NCBI GenBank assembly: GCA_965219445.1
Contig: CBDCNQ010000005.1
Span: forward strand, 832,001-896,000
Reading direction: 5' to 3'
From: Longimicrobiales bacterium
GTDB taxonomy: Bacteria > Gemmatimonadota > Gemmatimonadetes > Longimicrobiales > Gaopeijiaceae
Length of the DNA stretch: 64,000 nucleotides
In this document: one piece after another, positions 48,442-58,470 of the stretch
Layout of the letters: every line of letters starts with the position of its first letter
Numbering within the stretch: position 1 is the first letter of the stretch
Program-made: the position numbers and the translations under genes
Notes under the pieces: generated by a model
Databases searched by the model: none
The model's input: only the letters and a program-made list of their open reading frames with translations
Told to the model about the DNA's origin: nothing

Positions 48442-49524
48442 TCAGCTTCCCGCCTCCACCGAGGTGAAGACGATGGCGAAGGGGCAGATGCCGACCGGAA
48501 TGGCAACGTCGACCTCGAACACGTCGTCGTGCCGGTTGGCCGTGGAGGGGTTCACGCAATCGGGCGTCAGTGTGTAGAGCCTCCCCGCATCGTCGAATCC
48601 GACGCCTGAAGTGCTGGGAACGCCGCCGGGCGCCAAGGCCTCCGCCGGTCCACGGATGAAGGCGTCCAGGCTGGTATCCCAAACCGCAACACCATACGAG
48701 AACGACCCAACGAAGGCCCTGGCGGAAGGGCCCAGCGCCAGGCTCCCAGGGAACTCACCGAACCCGGTGTGGTTCGCCACCTCGGTCAGCCCCACCAGAT
48801 CCACCACGGAGAGGGACCCGTTCGCCGACGCAAACGACCCCGAGGCCACGATGTAGAGCCGCCCGTCAGGGCCGACGCCGCCCGCGGCCGCGTTCTCTCC
48901 GCTCAGGATCACGGTGGAAGTAACCTGGAGACTCTCGATGTCGATGACGGAGACGGTCGATGGTCCATCGGGGACAAACGCCTCGAGCTCAGCGTTCAAC
49001 ACGAAGGCCCGCCCGCCCTCGACCACGACCGCCTGTGGAAATCGGCCTACGGCGATGTCACTCCCACGGGTGCCTGCCAGAACGTTGATCGGCGTGACCG
49101 AATTCAGACTGGGATTCGCGGCCAGTACGATGGAATCGTTCAGGAACGCGGCGCCCGTCGCGCCGGATCCCTGGGGGAGCCGGACCGTCCGGACCAACAG
49201 CCCCTCCTTCAGATCAACGACCGCAACAGCCGGCACGACGCCGAGCGGAACGGCCGCGAGACTTCCCCTCACGGCCAAGGTGACGGGGCTGCCGTCTGGA
49301 CCGAGGCCGACGGTCCGAGTCTGCCCCGGGTTCTCGACCTCGAAAATCGTGAGGCTCAGATCCGTGCTCGACAGTATTACACCCACTTCGGCGTTCTCGG
49401 GCGGCAGCGACTCCGTGCCGCCGTCGGCGCAGGCCGCCACGAGCAGAGCCCCTATGAGCGGCGCGCTCGTTGCCCATCCCCCCCGGGACAGCGTACCTCT
49501 CGAAACACGTCCTTCATCCTTCAT
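48442..49524 (-). CDS. Beta-propeller lipoprotein (YncE/BtuG-like), probable B12-uptake accessory
   Basis: Lipobox LVAAC; YVTN-like repeats; downstream of a riboswitch-controlled TonB receptor. Confidence 0.7.
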   Translation of the reverse strand: MKDEGRVSRGTLSRGGWATSAPLIGALLVAACADGGTESLPPENAEVGVILSSTDLSLTIFEVENPGQTRTVGLGPDGSPVTLAVRGSLAAVPLGVVPAVAVVDLKEGLLVRTVRLPQGSGATGAAFLNDSIVLAANPSLNSVTPINVLAGTRGSDIAVGRFPQAVVVEGGRAFVLNAELEAFVPDGPSTVSVIDIESLQVTSTVILSGENAAAGGVGPDGRLYIVASGSFASANGSLSVVDLVGLTEVANHTGFGEFPGSLALGPSARAFVGSFSYGVAVWDTSLDAFIRGPAEALAPGGVPSTSGVGFDDAGRLYTLTPDCVNPSTANRHDDVFEVDVAIPVGICPFAIVFTSVEAGS

Positions 49525-49571
49525 TTCAGGTTTTCCGCTAAAGTGATCAGGTCAGGTTCTCCGGTAAGTGA

Positions 49572-51764
49572 TCAGAAACTCGGCCCCAGCCGGAACTCCA
49601 CACGGAGCGTTCGACCCGGATCGGGATAGGCGAAGATCAGCGCGTCGGTGACGTTGAAGAGACGTTCGATCCTCAGACGGCCTTCTGTGCTCCAGGAGCC
49701 AAGAAGCCAGCGGTGTCCGACGTCGAAATCAGTCACCCAAAAGCCGGGCAGCTCGTTAACGGGCGCGGGGACGGGGAACCGAGCACCTGTATGGCGGGAG
49801 GCCAGACGGATCGACCAAGGGCCCCGTTGCCATCCAGCACTGAGTGTGGCCCCGTAGCGAGGGCGATACGCCACCTGGACGTCATCGGAATCGGCTCGGT
49901 CGTACGTCGCGCGGGTGAGGCTGAAGCTCCCCCCGATAGACAGACCCGCTCGGGGTAACTCCAACTCCAAGCTTGCCTCGCCCCCAGACCTTCGCACGTC
50001 CATGTTCCCGGGACTCCAAACGAAACGGAAGTCGGGGAGCCAAACGATCATCCCCTTCATATCGCCTCGGTAGATCTCCGTGGAGGCTCGTGCAGCCGCC
50101 CCCCCCACCCCCCCGGCCCACGACACCTGCGCCGCGAACTCGGAGGGCACACGCTCCGCACGGAGGTCGAGGTTGGGTTCCACGCCCACGCCCTCTCTGA
50201 AGAACTGGTCTCCGAGTGTTGGAGGGCTGAATGCACTGCGGTGTGCTACGCGAAGAAGAAGGGAGTTGAGAGGGACGTTGAGCGCGACGTCATGGTTACC
50301 GTGCCATCGATCGGTCCGTCCGACCCAGTGCCCGCGAATGGACGAAGACACAGACCACGCCTCCTCCGAGGGCGACCACGTGCCCGAGGCCCCCAACCCG
50401 AGATCGGTCCGGCGTGTGGGGGCGTCCGAACTCAGCGCATCGCCTTCCACACTCTGCATGTCCCAATCGACTCCGCCCGATATCGCCCGTAGTACGCCGG
50501 GTCCGGAGATCGCCCCCTCTACCGACGCCCCCACCGCCTGGAGCACGGTGCGATCGTCATACGGAGCCCCGAACGGGGGATCGGAGTCGCGGAAGCGCGT
50601 TGTCTGTCGAGTGGCGTACGTGTGCACGTTCAACGATCCGTCCTCGAGCACTCCCGCATTCCAACCAGCGGAAAAACGCGCCCGGTCGAGATCTTGTCGC
50701 GCGTCCGATGACGGGGCGAAGCTCCTTCCTGGAAGTCCCCTCTCGAGGGTCTCGAGTCCCACCGTCACCCTCAGGTCGCCCTCCCGCAGCGGACCCGACC
50801 AACCCGTACTCGCGCCCCACGTCGTGAGATCGGCGTTGCCTCGGTAGGCCTCACCACCTCCTGCCTCCGCAGGGATGGTGAAGTCGAACCCTCCGTCGAG
50901 TCCCCTACCCTCCAAGCGGCCATGCCAGCGGCCATTCCAGAGCGCCCCACCGCCTCCCGCACCCAGGCCGAACTGCCCGAGGGACCCCGCCCAAGTGGAC
51001 ACAAACCCCGGTTCCGCGTCGCCGGAAGTCTCGAGGAGGATCGCTCCAGCGGCTGCCCGAGGGCCGAAGCGGGCTGAGAGCGCGCCCGCAAGAACCGTCG
51101 CGCGCCTGAGACCTCGGGCGGAAACGGTGGAGAGATCGGCCTCGCCCGTGATGGGGTCGTTGAGTGGGACGCCATCCAGAAGGACCAGAACGGCGTCGGG
51201 ATTGGCGCCCCGCACACTGACGAGCTGGGGGCCGCCCCTCGTTCGCTCCTGAACCACGATGCCAGGAACGGCTTGGAGGGCATCTCCGGCCGTCCGGGCC
51301 CCCGATCCCACGATCGCCTCACGGAGGAGAACGATTCCTCCGACGGAAGCCACCGTGGCCGTGATCCCGTCGACGTCGAGGGCTATCGGCGTGAGCTCCA
51401 TCGCGAGCCGGGTAACCACACCATTCTCAACTTCGACATCTCGGTGGGTGCGGCCATACCCTAGCCGGCGTAGAGATATTCGATAGGAACCCGGCTCGAG
51501 CCCCCTCAGTCGGAAGCCGCCGGAAGCGTCGGTCGAGGTCTTCGAGGCGCCCGGCTCGACGAAGACTTCAACGGCAGCGAGCGGGGTTCTCGTGAGAGAA
51601 TCCACGATCTTCCCGGACAGCTCGCCGGGCCACTGGGTCGCCGAGACCGTCCCTGGCAAGGCCAGCGCGGCGAGTACGCTTAGGCCAGCGCACCAAGGTA
51701 CAGCACCCGTCCGGCGAGGACGGGCGCCGCGAATCGTAGACCGGTAAAATGAAGAAACCCGCAT
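49572..51764 (-). CDS. btuB: TonB-dependent receptor, cobalamin (BtuB-like)
   Basis: N-terminal carboxypeptidase-regulatory-like domain; plug SVRG...VLLDGVPL; PNLDLRAE; PGRT; C-terminal Phe; cobalamin riboswitch upstream. Confidence 0.8.
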   Translation of the reverse strand: MRVSSFYRSTIRGARPRRTGAVPWCAGLSVLAALALPGTVSATQWPGELSGKIVDSLTRTPLAAVEVFVEPGASKTSTDASGGFRLRGLEPGSYRISLRRLGYGRTHRDVEVENGVVTRLAMELTPIALDVDGITATVASVGGIVLLREAIVGSGARTAGDALQAVPGIVVQERTRGGPQLVSVRGANPDAVLVLLDGVPLNDPITGEADLSTVSARGLRRATVLAGALSARFGPRAAAGAILLETSGDAEPGFVSTWAGSLGQFGLGAGGGGALWNGRWHGRLEGRGLDGGFDFTIPAEAGGGEAYRGNADLTTWGASTGWSGPLREGDLRVTVGLETLERGLPGRSFAPSSDARQDLDRARFSAGWNAGVLEDGSLNVHTYATRQTTRFRDSDPPFGAPYDDRTVLQAVGASVEGAISGPGVLRAISGGVDWDMQSVEGDALSSDAPTRRTDLGLGASGTWSPSEEAWSVSSSIRGHWVGRTDRWHGNHDVALNVPLNSLLLRVAHRSAFSPPTLGDQFFREGVGVEPNLDLRAERVPSEFAAQVSWAGGVGGAAARASTEIYRGDMKGMIVWLPDFRFVWSPGNMDVRRSGGEASLELELPRAGLSIGGSFSLTRATYDRADSDDVQVAYRPRYGATLSAGWQRGPWSIRLASRHTGARFPVPAPVNELPGFWVTDFDVGHRWLLGSWSTEGRLRIERLFNVTDALIFAYPDPGRTLRVEFRLGPSF

Positions 51765-51790
51765 CTCTTCCCCTCGAAGAGTGCTTGGCG

Positions 51791-51962
51791 ACGCGGGCGC
51801 GCAGGTCTACTGACTTAGGGCGGCTCTCCCTCGCCTTCCCAGAGCCTCTCGGCTCCAGTGACGTTCTTGAGGGGGCCTGTCCGGCGCAACATGCGCCGAG
51901 CCCAACACAGTGGCGGGGCCGTGCCGGATTCTCACCGGCTTCCGAGATGCCTCGCCCGCGTA
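51791..51962 (-). ncRNA. Cobalamin riboswitch
   Basis: mRNA GGAAGCCGGUGAGAAUCCGGCACGGCCCCGCCACUGUG, CACUG...GGGAAGGC, B12 box AAGUCAGUAGACCUGC; P1 CGCGGGCG/CGCCCGCG. An RBS-masking hairpin CUCUUC/GAAGAG follows. Confidence 0.92.
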
Positions 51963-52241
51963 TTCAGGTTGTCGAGGCCCAATCTACCGAGGGCCGTGAG
52001 AGGGTGTCAAATAAACGGCCAAAAAGGAGCTCAATCAGCATAAGGCCTTGGTGACAAATTCCTTACTCCCGAGCAAGCGGGGTCAAGGGTCTTCTGCGGC
52101 CACTCGATCGTGTGAGACCGGCCCCCCGCTCACGTCTGGCGCCTCATTCGACACGCCTCTATAGTGGGCGAGCCAGCCCGGGAAACCGATGTTCTTCTAC
52201 AGGACACCCGCCCCGGCTTTGCTTCAAGAGGAGGTCCCACC

Positions 52242-53345
52242 ATGTCGAAGAGAGTTCATGGCGTATCCACAATGGTGCTGGGGGCAGTGGTGGCGATCGC
52301 TGTGCTTCACGCGGAGGTCCAGGCACAGATGGGACCGAACCCGTACCGACCGGCAGGCGGTCTGCAGGCCGGAGGCGGCCCGGGCCTGATGGGAGAGCCG
52401 TGGGCGAAGTTGCCGAATGGGAGGGGGATGGGGTCCCCCGGTGGGATCGAGATCGATGTCGACGGAGAGCACCTCTGGGCGATCGTGAGGTGCGGTGACG
52501 ACGGCACGCCGCGCGGTAGCCAGACCTACTGTGACGACTCAGATCTGGACCCGATCATCAAATTCGATCGAGACGGCAACGTGGTAACGATGTTCGGCAG
52601 CCGCATGTTCTCATGGCCGCATGGGCTCCACGTGGACCGGGACGGAAACGTCTGGGTCACGGAAGCCGGAAGCGGGGAATCGTCGCAGGTGGCGGGACGG
52701 GTCTTCGGACATCAGGTCTTCAAGTTTTCCCCGCAGGGCGACCTCCTCATGACCCTCGGCGAGGCGGGGGTTCCGGGGGATGGACCCGATCACCTCATCG
52801 CACCGAGCGACGTCGTCACCGCCCCCAATGGCGATATCTTCGTTGTGGACGGTCACAACCAGAATGGTAACAACCGGATCGTCAGGTATTCCCGCGGCGG
52901 GACGTTCATCAAGGACTTCGGAGAAACCGGGCACGGCCCGGGCCAGCTCTACGGCCCCCACGCCATTGCCATGGACGCGAATGGAAGGCTCTTCGTCGCC
53001 GACCGGCAGAACATGCGGATCGTCATTTTCGACCAGGACGGCAACTACATAAATCGATGGACGCAGTTCGGCATGCCGAGCGACATCGCGATCGACGACA
53101 ACGGCAAGATCTACGTGGCCGACTCGGAGTCGGACATGACTCAGAATCCGGGCTGGGAAAAGGGGATCAGGATCGGAGACGTGGAAACCGGTTGGGTCGA
53201 GCACTTCATCCTCGACACGGGCGACAATCCGCCGATCACTGCCGGGGGGAGTGGGGCCGAGTCCCTCACCGTGGACCGGCACGGAAGCATCTTTTCCGGC
53301 GAGCCGCGTCCACACCGCTTACGCAAGTATGTGAAGGTGCGGTAG
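52242..53345 (+). CDS. Secreted NHL-repeat protein, peptidyl-alpha-hydroxyglycine lyase-like
   Basis: GAGGAGG RBS; signal peptide; PHGLHVD, HQVFKFSP, FVVDGH, PHAIA, VADR. Confidence 0.85.
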   Translation: MSKRVHGVSTMVLGAVVAIAVLHAEVQAQMGPNPYRPAGGLQAGGGPGLMGEPWAKLPNGRGMGSPGGIEIDVDGEHLWAIVRCGDDGTPRGSQTYCDDSDLDPIIKFDRDGNVVTMFGSRMFSWPHGLHVDRDGNVWVTEAGSGESSQVAGRVFGHQVFKFSPQGDLLMTLGEAGVPGDGPDHLIAPSDVVTAPNGDIFVVDGHNQNGNNRIVRYSRGGTFIKDFGETGHGPGQLYGPHAIAMDANGRLFVADRQNMRIVIFDQDGNYINRWTQFGMPSDIAIDDNGKIYVADSESDMTQNPGWEKGIRIGDVETGWVEHFILDTGDNPPITAGGSGAESLTVDRHGSIFSGEPRPHRLRKYVKVR

Positions 53346-53561
53346 TGCAGGCCTTTCGGGTGCGCTGAGATCCCACCAGGCATTCCTACTGGCCGGCTCT
53401 CGTTCGTGCGATACACGGGCTCGAAGACTGGGCGCCCACGAACGGGAACTGACGGATATCGCAGGGTCCATGAACCGGGCGGTGGACCACCCCGTCCGGT
53501 TCATGGACCCGACCCGACGGGACCTGACCGCGATCGACACGCCGAAAGCGCGCCGCCCAAC

Positions 53562-54713
53562 TTACATACCGGCCACCACATACTTCGTGAACGCGGAGCC
53601 CGCATCGCTGAGCGAGGCCGGTCCCTCGGCCACGTAGACGTTGCCGTCCTCGTCCACTCCCACGCCCTCACCCGTTACGCCATGGTTCGGCCGGCTGTCG
53701 GACTCCCACGGCGGAATGTAGCCCACGAGCGCGTCCTGATCGACGGGCCCAATGCGGACGCCGTTCCTCCAGTTGATGTGCCGGAGCCGGTTGGACTCGG
53801 AATCGATGGCGTACACCATCTCGTCCTCGGTGATGAAGAGGTCGCTGATGCGCCCGTACTGATAGCGCGATTCGAGGTAGTTGCCCTGCTGGTCGAAGAT
53901 CTCGAGGCGGTGGTTGCCGCGGTCCGCGACCCAGAGCCGGCCCTGAGAGTCGAACTCGAGGGCGTGTGGCGTGCGGAACTGACCGTGATCCGTGCCGATC
54001 TCGCCCCATTCCATGATGTACTCACCCTCGGGCGAGTATTTGACGATGCGGCCGGTCAGTCCCTCCGCTCTCCCTTCGGCCAACTGGTCATCCGTGACCA
54101 TGCCCTGACCGCTGTGGCCGTCCGCAACGAAGATGCTACCGTCGGGAGCGACGATCACGTCACAAGGCTGCCAGAGGTGATCCCGGTCGTTCCCGGGCTG
54201 GCCGGCGGTACCGAGGCTCATGAGCAGCTCGCCGGTGGGGCTGAACTTATGGACCTGGTGACCCTTCGTGCGCTCGGCGTTGCCGGCGAAGTCCGTCACC
54301 CAGACGTTGCCCTCATCGTCCGCATAGATGCCGTGGGGCGTCACGAAGATTCCGGCGCCGAAGTTGGCGAGAATCTCCCCGTTGTTTCGGTCGAACTTGA
54401 AGATCGGGTCCACGGGGTTGTTGTCGCAGTTGACGCCGGGTCCACCCGCCGAGCCCGATGCGCAGCGCTCGTACCCCCAGACATGTCCGTCTGTCGGGTC
54501 GATGTCGAGGCCGGCGGTGGAGCCCCACTCCCGTCCCTCGGGCAGGGTCGCCCAGCTCCCGATACGTGTCGGGTTCGGGTTCGGGAGTCCCTCACCCGTG
54601 ACGGGGTTAGCCGCCGCAGCGGCCATCGCGGCCGGTGGCCCGGCCTCCGCGGTGCACCCCGCGAGAATAGCGGTACTAAAGAACACGGACATCAGGAGTC
54701 GTAACGATGACAT
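53562..54713 (-). CDS. NHL-repeat lipoprotein, PAL-like paralogue
   Basis: Lipobox ILAGC; PHGIYAD, HQVHKFSP, FVADGH, PHAL, VADR. Confidence 0.85.
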   Translation of the reverse strand: MSSLRLLMSVFFSTAILAGCTAEAGPPAAMAAAAANPVTGEGLPNPNPTRIGSWATLPEGREWGSTAGLDIDPTDGHVWGYERCASGSAGGPGVNCDNNPVDPIFKFDRNNGEILANFGAGIFVTPHGIYADDEGNVWVTDFAGNAERTKGHQVHKFSPTGELLMSLGTAGQPGNDRDHLWQPCDVIVAPDGSIFVADGHSGQGMVTDDQLAEGRAEGLTGRIVKYSPEGEYIMEWGEIGTDHGQFRTPHALEFDSQGRLWVADRGNHRLEIFDQQGNYLESRYQYGRISDLFITEDEMVYAIDSESNRLRHINWRNGVRIGPVDQDALVGYIPPWESDSRPNHGVTGEGVGVDEDGNVYVAEGPASLSDAGSAFTKYVVAGM

Positions 54714-55004
54714 GGTCCCCCCCCAGGCAAAATCTCGATTTCGCCGCGGCACGGCCGCGGGCGCCGGACTCTGCAACATCGGCGGTCAGTGCGCGGCGCG
54801 CAAACCATCACCCGCGAGATGGAGAGACCTCCGTCACTCCCGGTCCGGCGGCAGTTGCCCGGGAGCAAGGGGAAAGCTTCGGCATTGGGACGTCCAAGAG
54901 CGGCCGCGCGCCCACACCGAGACTTTTGGGGTGGGCTCAACGTGTCCGCCTATAACGACGGGGCAACGGCGTCCCCTCTTGGCCGCAAGGCGAGGGGGCT
55001 GGGG

Positions 55005-56099
55005 TCATGAAGCCTTCTTTCGAATACCATCCAGAACAATCTCCTCAACATCTTTTGGCCTCAGGGCGAATATCTTCCCGAAAGGTCTTGTCAAAAAGAT
55101 AGTTTCGAAAGAAAACAGGCGATTCTGTTTGAGCGAATGTAAGGCGGTACCTATCGTCCCATCGAAGAGCCGCGTGGCTACACCTATCGTGTAATCGGTT
55201 TCGTTGTAAACCGAGTGCCACCAAAAAGCTGGGTTGAACAGCACATCCCCCGGCTGCAACGTGGCCTCAAACACTTCAATGGCGTTGAAGTGTTCCGGCA
55301 GGGTATCCGCATATATGCTGTAATCGCTGGTCGCGTAGACACCTGATCGGGAAAGGTTGCTTCTCAGAAAATGCGTGTACTTGGGGGCAATGAAGACCCA
55401 GTTCTTCTTGCCGTACGAATTGTAGAAAAGGTTGGGCGCCATCGCACAATGCAGGTCAGTTCTCGTGCCCTGGATTCCAATGAATATTTGTGCGGTGGGT
55501 TTCGGTTTACGTGTCGTGAATAGGCGGGTTATGTCACCTATCATCAAGTCTTGTCGCAGCCGCTTGTTGTCGTCAAAAACCGCTGAACTATTGTTGAGGT
55601 AGAGTGCCTCACCTTCCTGCATTCTCTCGGCAAATTCACTGAATTTCATCGTGGTCATTTCGACTTGGTTCAGAATCATTTGCTCCTTGCCACTTTTCAC
55701 TACCTGGACTGTTTTGTCGCCGCATAACTCTGTCAGGTATTCAATATCCAATTGGCGAGGGGCATCGCTGAGCAAATTCGTAAATACGGCGGGTCGCGTG
55801 TAGCCGTCGGTTTCTCTCTTGATGTGGTCGTAGTCAACATGATGGATGTCGATCTCTATGCGAGGAATCTGTTGTCTTCTGCCTGACCTAGAAGCTTTGG
55901 TCTTTATCACGTGACGGAGCAGCATCCCTTCGACTTTGGACAGCAGGGCAAGACGAGGTAGGAACTGATTCGTCGGCGATTCGTTGACCGCCACTCGATG
56001 GGCACGACGGAAATTGATGATGTGTAGAACGTCGCAGGCTCGAAGAAGCAAAGCCTTGATGCACCAATTCACCAGCGTCATTGGCATCCCCTTCATCAT
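55005..56099 (-). CDS. JmjC/cupin-like domain protein, low GC
   Basis: RPAVF, IFIG, TDLHCA, GKKNW, LQPGDVLFNPAFWWHSVYN; visibly more AT-rich than its flanks. Confidence 0.8.
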   Translation of the reverse strand: MMKGMPMTLVNWCIKALLLRACDVLHIINFRRAHRVAVNESPTNQFLPRLALLSKVEGMLLRHVIKTKASRSGRRQQIPRIEIDIHHVDYDHIKRETDGYTRPAVFTNLLSDAPRQLDIEYLTELCGDKTVQVVKSGKEQMILNQVEMTTMKFSEFAERMQEGEALYLNNSSAVFDDNKRLRQDLMIGDITRLFTTRKPKPTAQIFIGIQGTRTDLHCAMAPNLFYNSYGKKNWVFIAPKYTHFLRSNLSRSGVYATSDYSIYADTLPEHFNAIEVFEATLQPGDVLFNPAFWWHSVYNETDYTIGVATRLFDGTIGTALHSLKQNRLFSFETIFLTRPFGKIFALRPKDVEEIVLDGIRKKAS

Positions 56100-56377
56100 C
56101 GAGAACCAGGCGGCGGTCTCGTCGTCGGAGCGGGCGTCCTATGTGGGCGGTGTACTGTGGCGGCGGGACCGGAAGGCCCCATCGGGTCAAGCTTTGACCA
56201 TAGATGGCACGCACCCTTTTGCGCAATCACCCCAAGAATTTGAGCTTTGAATCCAAGCCCACAAATGGCCTCGCAAGGGCAAGGCGGATGAGGTTTTTCG
56301 CGGAGCACGGGTCTTCTGCGATCCCACCTCCGCCGGACCGCGCCTCGCCCCCTCATCGCTCCGGATCACGTCAAGGA

Positions 56378-57646
56378 TGACGTACCCCCTCCTGCGGTAC
56401 CACTTGCTATGTTAGACCTGAAGCCATTGGCGGTCCCTGGAGCTGAGGCATTCTGAGGAACCAAGGTGATGGTTTCAATGCTTCCGGAGCGGGGGGTAGA
56501 CCGCCGCAGGCGCTGTGGGGTCGAACGGTATTGTACACCCGCCGCCACTGCTCGACGAGTACGACGGCCTCGGGCAGTGTGTAAAAGATCTCTCCGTTCA
56601 AGAACTCGTTCCTCAGCTTGCCGTTGAAGCTCTCGTTGTAGCCGTTCTCCCACGGACTGCCCGGCGCGATGTAGAGGATCTGGACCCGCAGCCTGGCCAG
56701 CCATCTCCGCACCAGTTTCGCCGTGAACTCTGGCCCGTTGTCCGAGCGCAGATGCTCGGGCGGACCGTGCCGAGCGAAGAGATCGGTGAGCACCTCGAGA
56801 ACGTCGTGAGCTCGAGTCTTTCGACCGACCTTGATCGCCAGACACTGCCGCGTGTACTCGTCGAGCACGGTCAGAAGCTTCAGCGCACGGCCGTCATGGG
56901 TCCTCGTGCTTACGAAGTCGTAGGACCACACGTGATTCTTGTGCAGTGGCCTGAGCCGGATGCACGAGCCATCGTTGAGCCACAACCGACCCCGTTTCGG
57001 TTGCCGTCTGGGCACTTTCAGCCCCTCCTGCCTCCAGATACGCTCCACACGCTTGTGGTTCACCTCCCAGCCCTCGATGCGTAGCAGGTTCGTGATCTGT
57101 CGATACCCGTACCTGCCGAACCGGCTCGCCAACCGTATCACGTCCGTGCGTAGCGCCGACTCGTCGACCCGCACCTTCTTCACCCGACGCTGAGTCGAGC
57201 GCGGCTGACCCAGTACGTGACACGCGTGACGTTCACTCGCCCCGAGTCGCTGACGTACATGCACCACGCACCTCCGTCGGCGCTCGGGGCTCAGAAGTTT
57301 CCCTTGGTCGCTTCCTCCAGGATCAGCTTGTCCACCGTCAGGTTCGCCACCGCTCGCTTCAGCCGTGCGTTCTCCTTCTCCAGCTCCTTGAAGCGTCGAG
57401 CTTGATCCACCTTCATCCCCCCGAACTCCTGGCGCCACCGGTAGTACGTCTGCTCGCTGATCCCCAGCTCCCGGCTCACCATCCCCACCGTTTTGCCGTT
57501 CGCCAGACCCACCTCCGCCTCTCTCAATGCCGTGATGATCTGCTCCGGCGTGTGTCGTCTCCTACTCATTCTGACCTCCTCCCTGATGGTTGCGACCAAA
57601 GCCGCATCCTAACATCAACTTCGGTCTCGGTTCAGGGGGTCACCGA
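56378..57646 (-). mobile_element. IS3-family insertion sequence (~1.27 kb)
   Basis: OrfA plus DDE OrfB. Imperfect inverted ends share ACCCCCT...ACC...ATGTTAG; the left end starts TC rather than TG, so the exact boundary is uncertain. Confidence 0.9.
56407..57569 (-). CDS. IS3 transposase OrfAB via -1 frameshift
   Basis: OrfA 57569-57291 (HTH, TYYRW); slippery G_GGA_AAC at 57297-57303; OrfB YGYR, WSYDF, SDNG, NESFN. Confidence 0.9.
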
Positions 57647-57860
57647 GGGGTTCAGGGGGTCGCCGGGGTCGCATCCAGTCGGTCCGACTTCGTCGATCTA
57701 GGAGCCGGTGATCCGTGGCCGGTTCTCGGTCTCGCGTCCTGTCGGTTGTCCTGTCGATTGAACGCAGCAGATCACGACATCTCGGACTCGCGAAAGCGGC
57801 AAATCGCGCGATCCATCTGAGTTTTCCGGCATCCTGCCGTGATTCCGACCCCTACGAAGG

Positions 57861-57905
57861 CGCCTGATAAGCGTGAGGTCGGTAGTTCGAGTCTACCCAG
57901 GCCCA
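57861..57905 (+). pseudogene. 3' half of tRNA-Ile(GAU), att-core-like fragment
   Basis: CGCCTGATAAGCGTGAGGTCGGTAGTTCGAGTCTACCCAGGCCCA has the anticodon arm, T-arm and 3' acceptor strand. No D-arm or 5' strand upstream. Confidence 0.88.
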
Positions 57906-57916
57906 CTTTTTAAGTA

Positions 57917-57951
57917 GAAGCCCCGCAAGGTCTTACGGCCTTCGGGGTTTT
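57917..57951 (+). terminator. Hairpin/terminator after the tRNA fragment
   Basis: GAAGCCCCG-C-AAGG...CCTT-CGGGGTTTT. Confidence 0.6.
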
Positions 57952-58019
57952 GCTGTAACAAGAAAAGCCTGAGGGCAATAACACTGGCAGTTACACTGCC
58001 GTCCCTGGTTGGCCCCGAC

Positions 58020-58352
58020 CTAGGCGATCCGCAGGCACCGCAGCCGGTCGCGAATGCCCTCGCGGTCCCGGTGTTGCTCGATCCGGAACTCGGCGTGTTC
58101 GGAGCGGTGTCGGACCTTGCCCAAGTGGCCATATACGCGCTTGATCAACGAGTCACCGCCGTGCCCCAGCTCACGGGCGACGGTGTACGTGGAGATGGGA
58201 AAACCCTGGTCGAGCGTCTGGAGTCGCGCGGCGCAGTAGGTGTGGCGAAAGATCTTGGTCCTGATCTCGCCGGGCTGCCAACCCGCCGTCATGGCGACCT
58301 TGTCCAGCTGCTTGCGGATGTCGGTGATCATCCTCCCCGTCTTGGGCGCCAC
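58020..58352 (-). pseudogene. Tyrosine integrase C-terminal remnant
   Basis: KIFRHT, RELGH and catalytic-Tyr region KRVYGH; N-terminal part missing; next to the tRNA fragment. Confidence 0.8.
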
Positions 58353-58470
58353 GCGCCCCCGATCAGATCTCCATGAAAAGTCCGTGAGGTCGGACTATCC
58401 CCGCCGAGCGTGCCGGAGTATTCTGATTGCGCGCACGCCCGCGCCTGTTCCCTCGGAGGAGGAGTCCCGC

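Noticed and set aside
54900..55004. attC site after the JmjC gene
   Set aside because: A hairpin is present, but there is no RYYYAAC/GTTRRRY pair and no integron integrase.
57800..57905. Intact tRNA-Ile gene
   Set aside because: The 5' acceptor strand and D-arm are missing.
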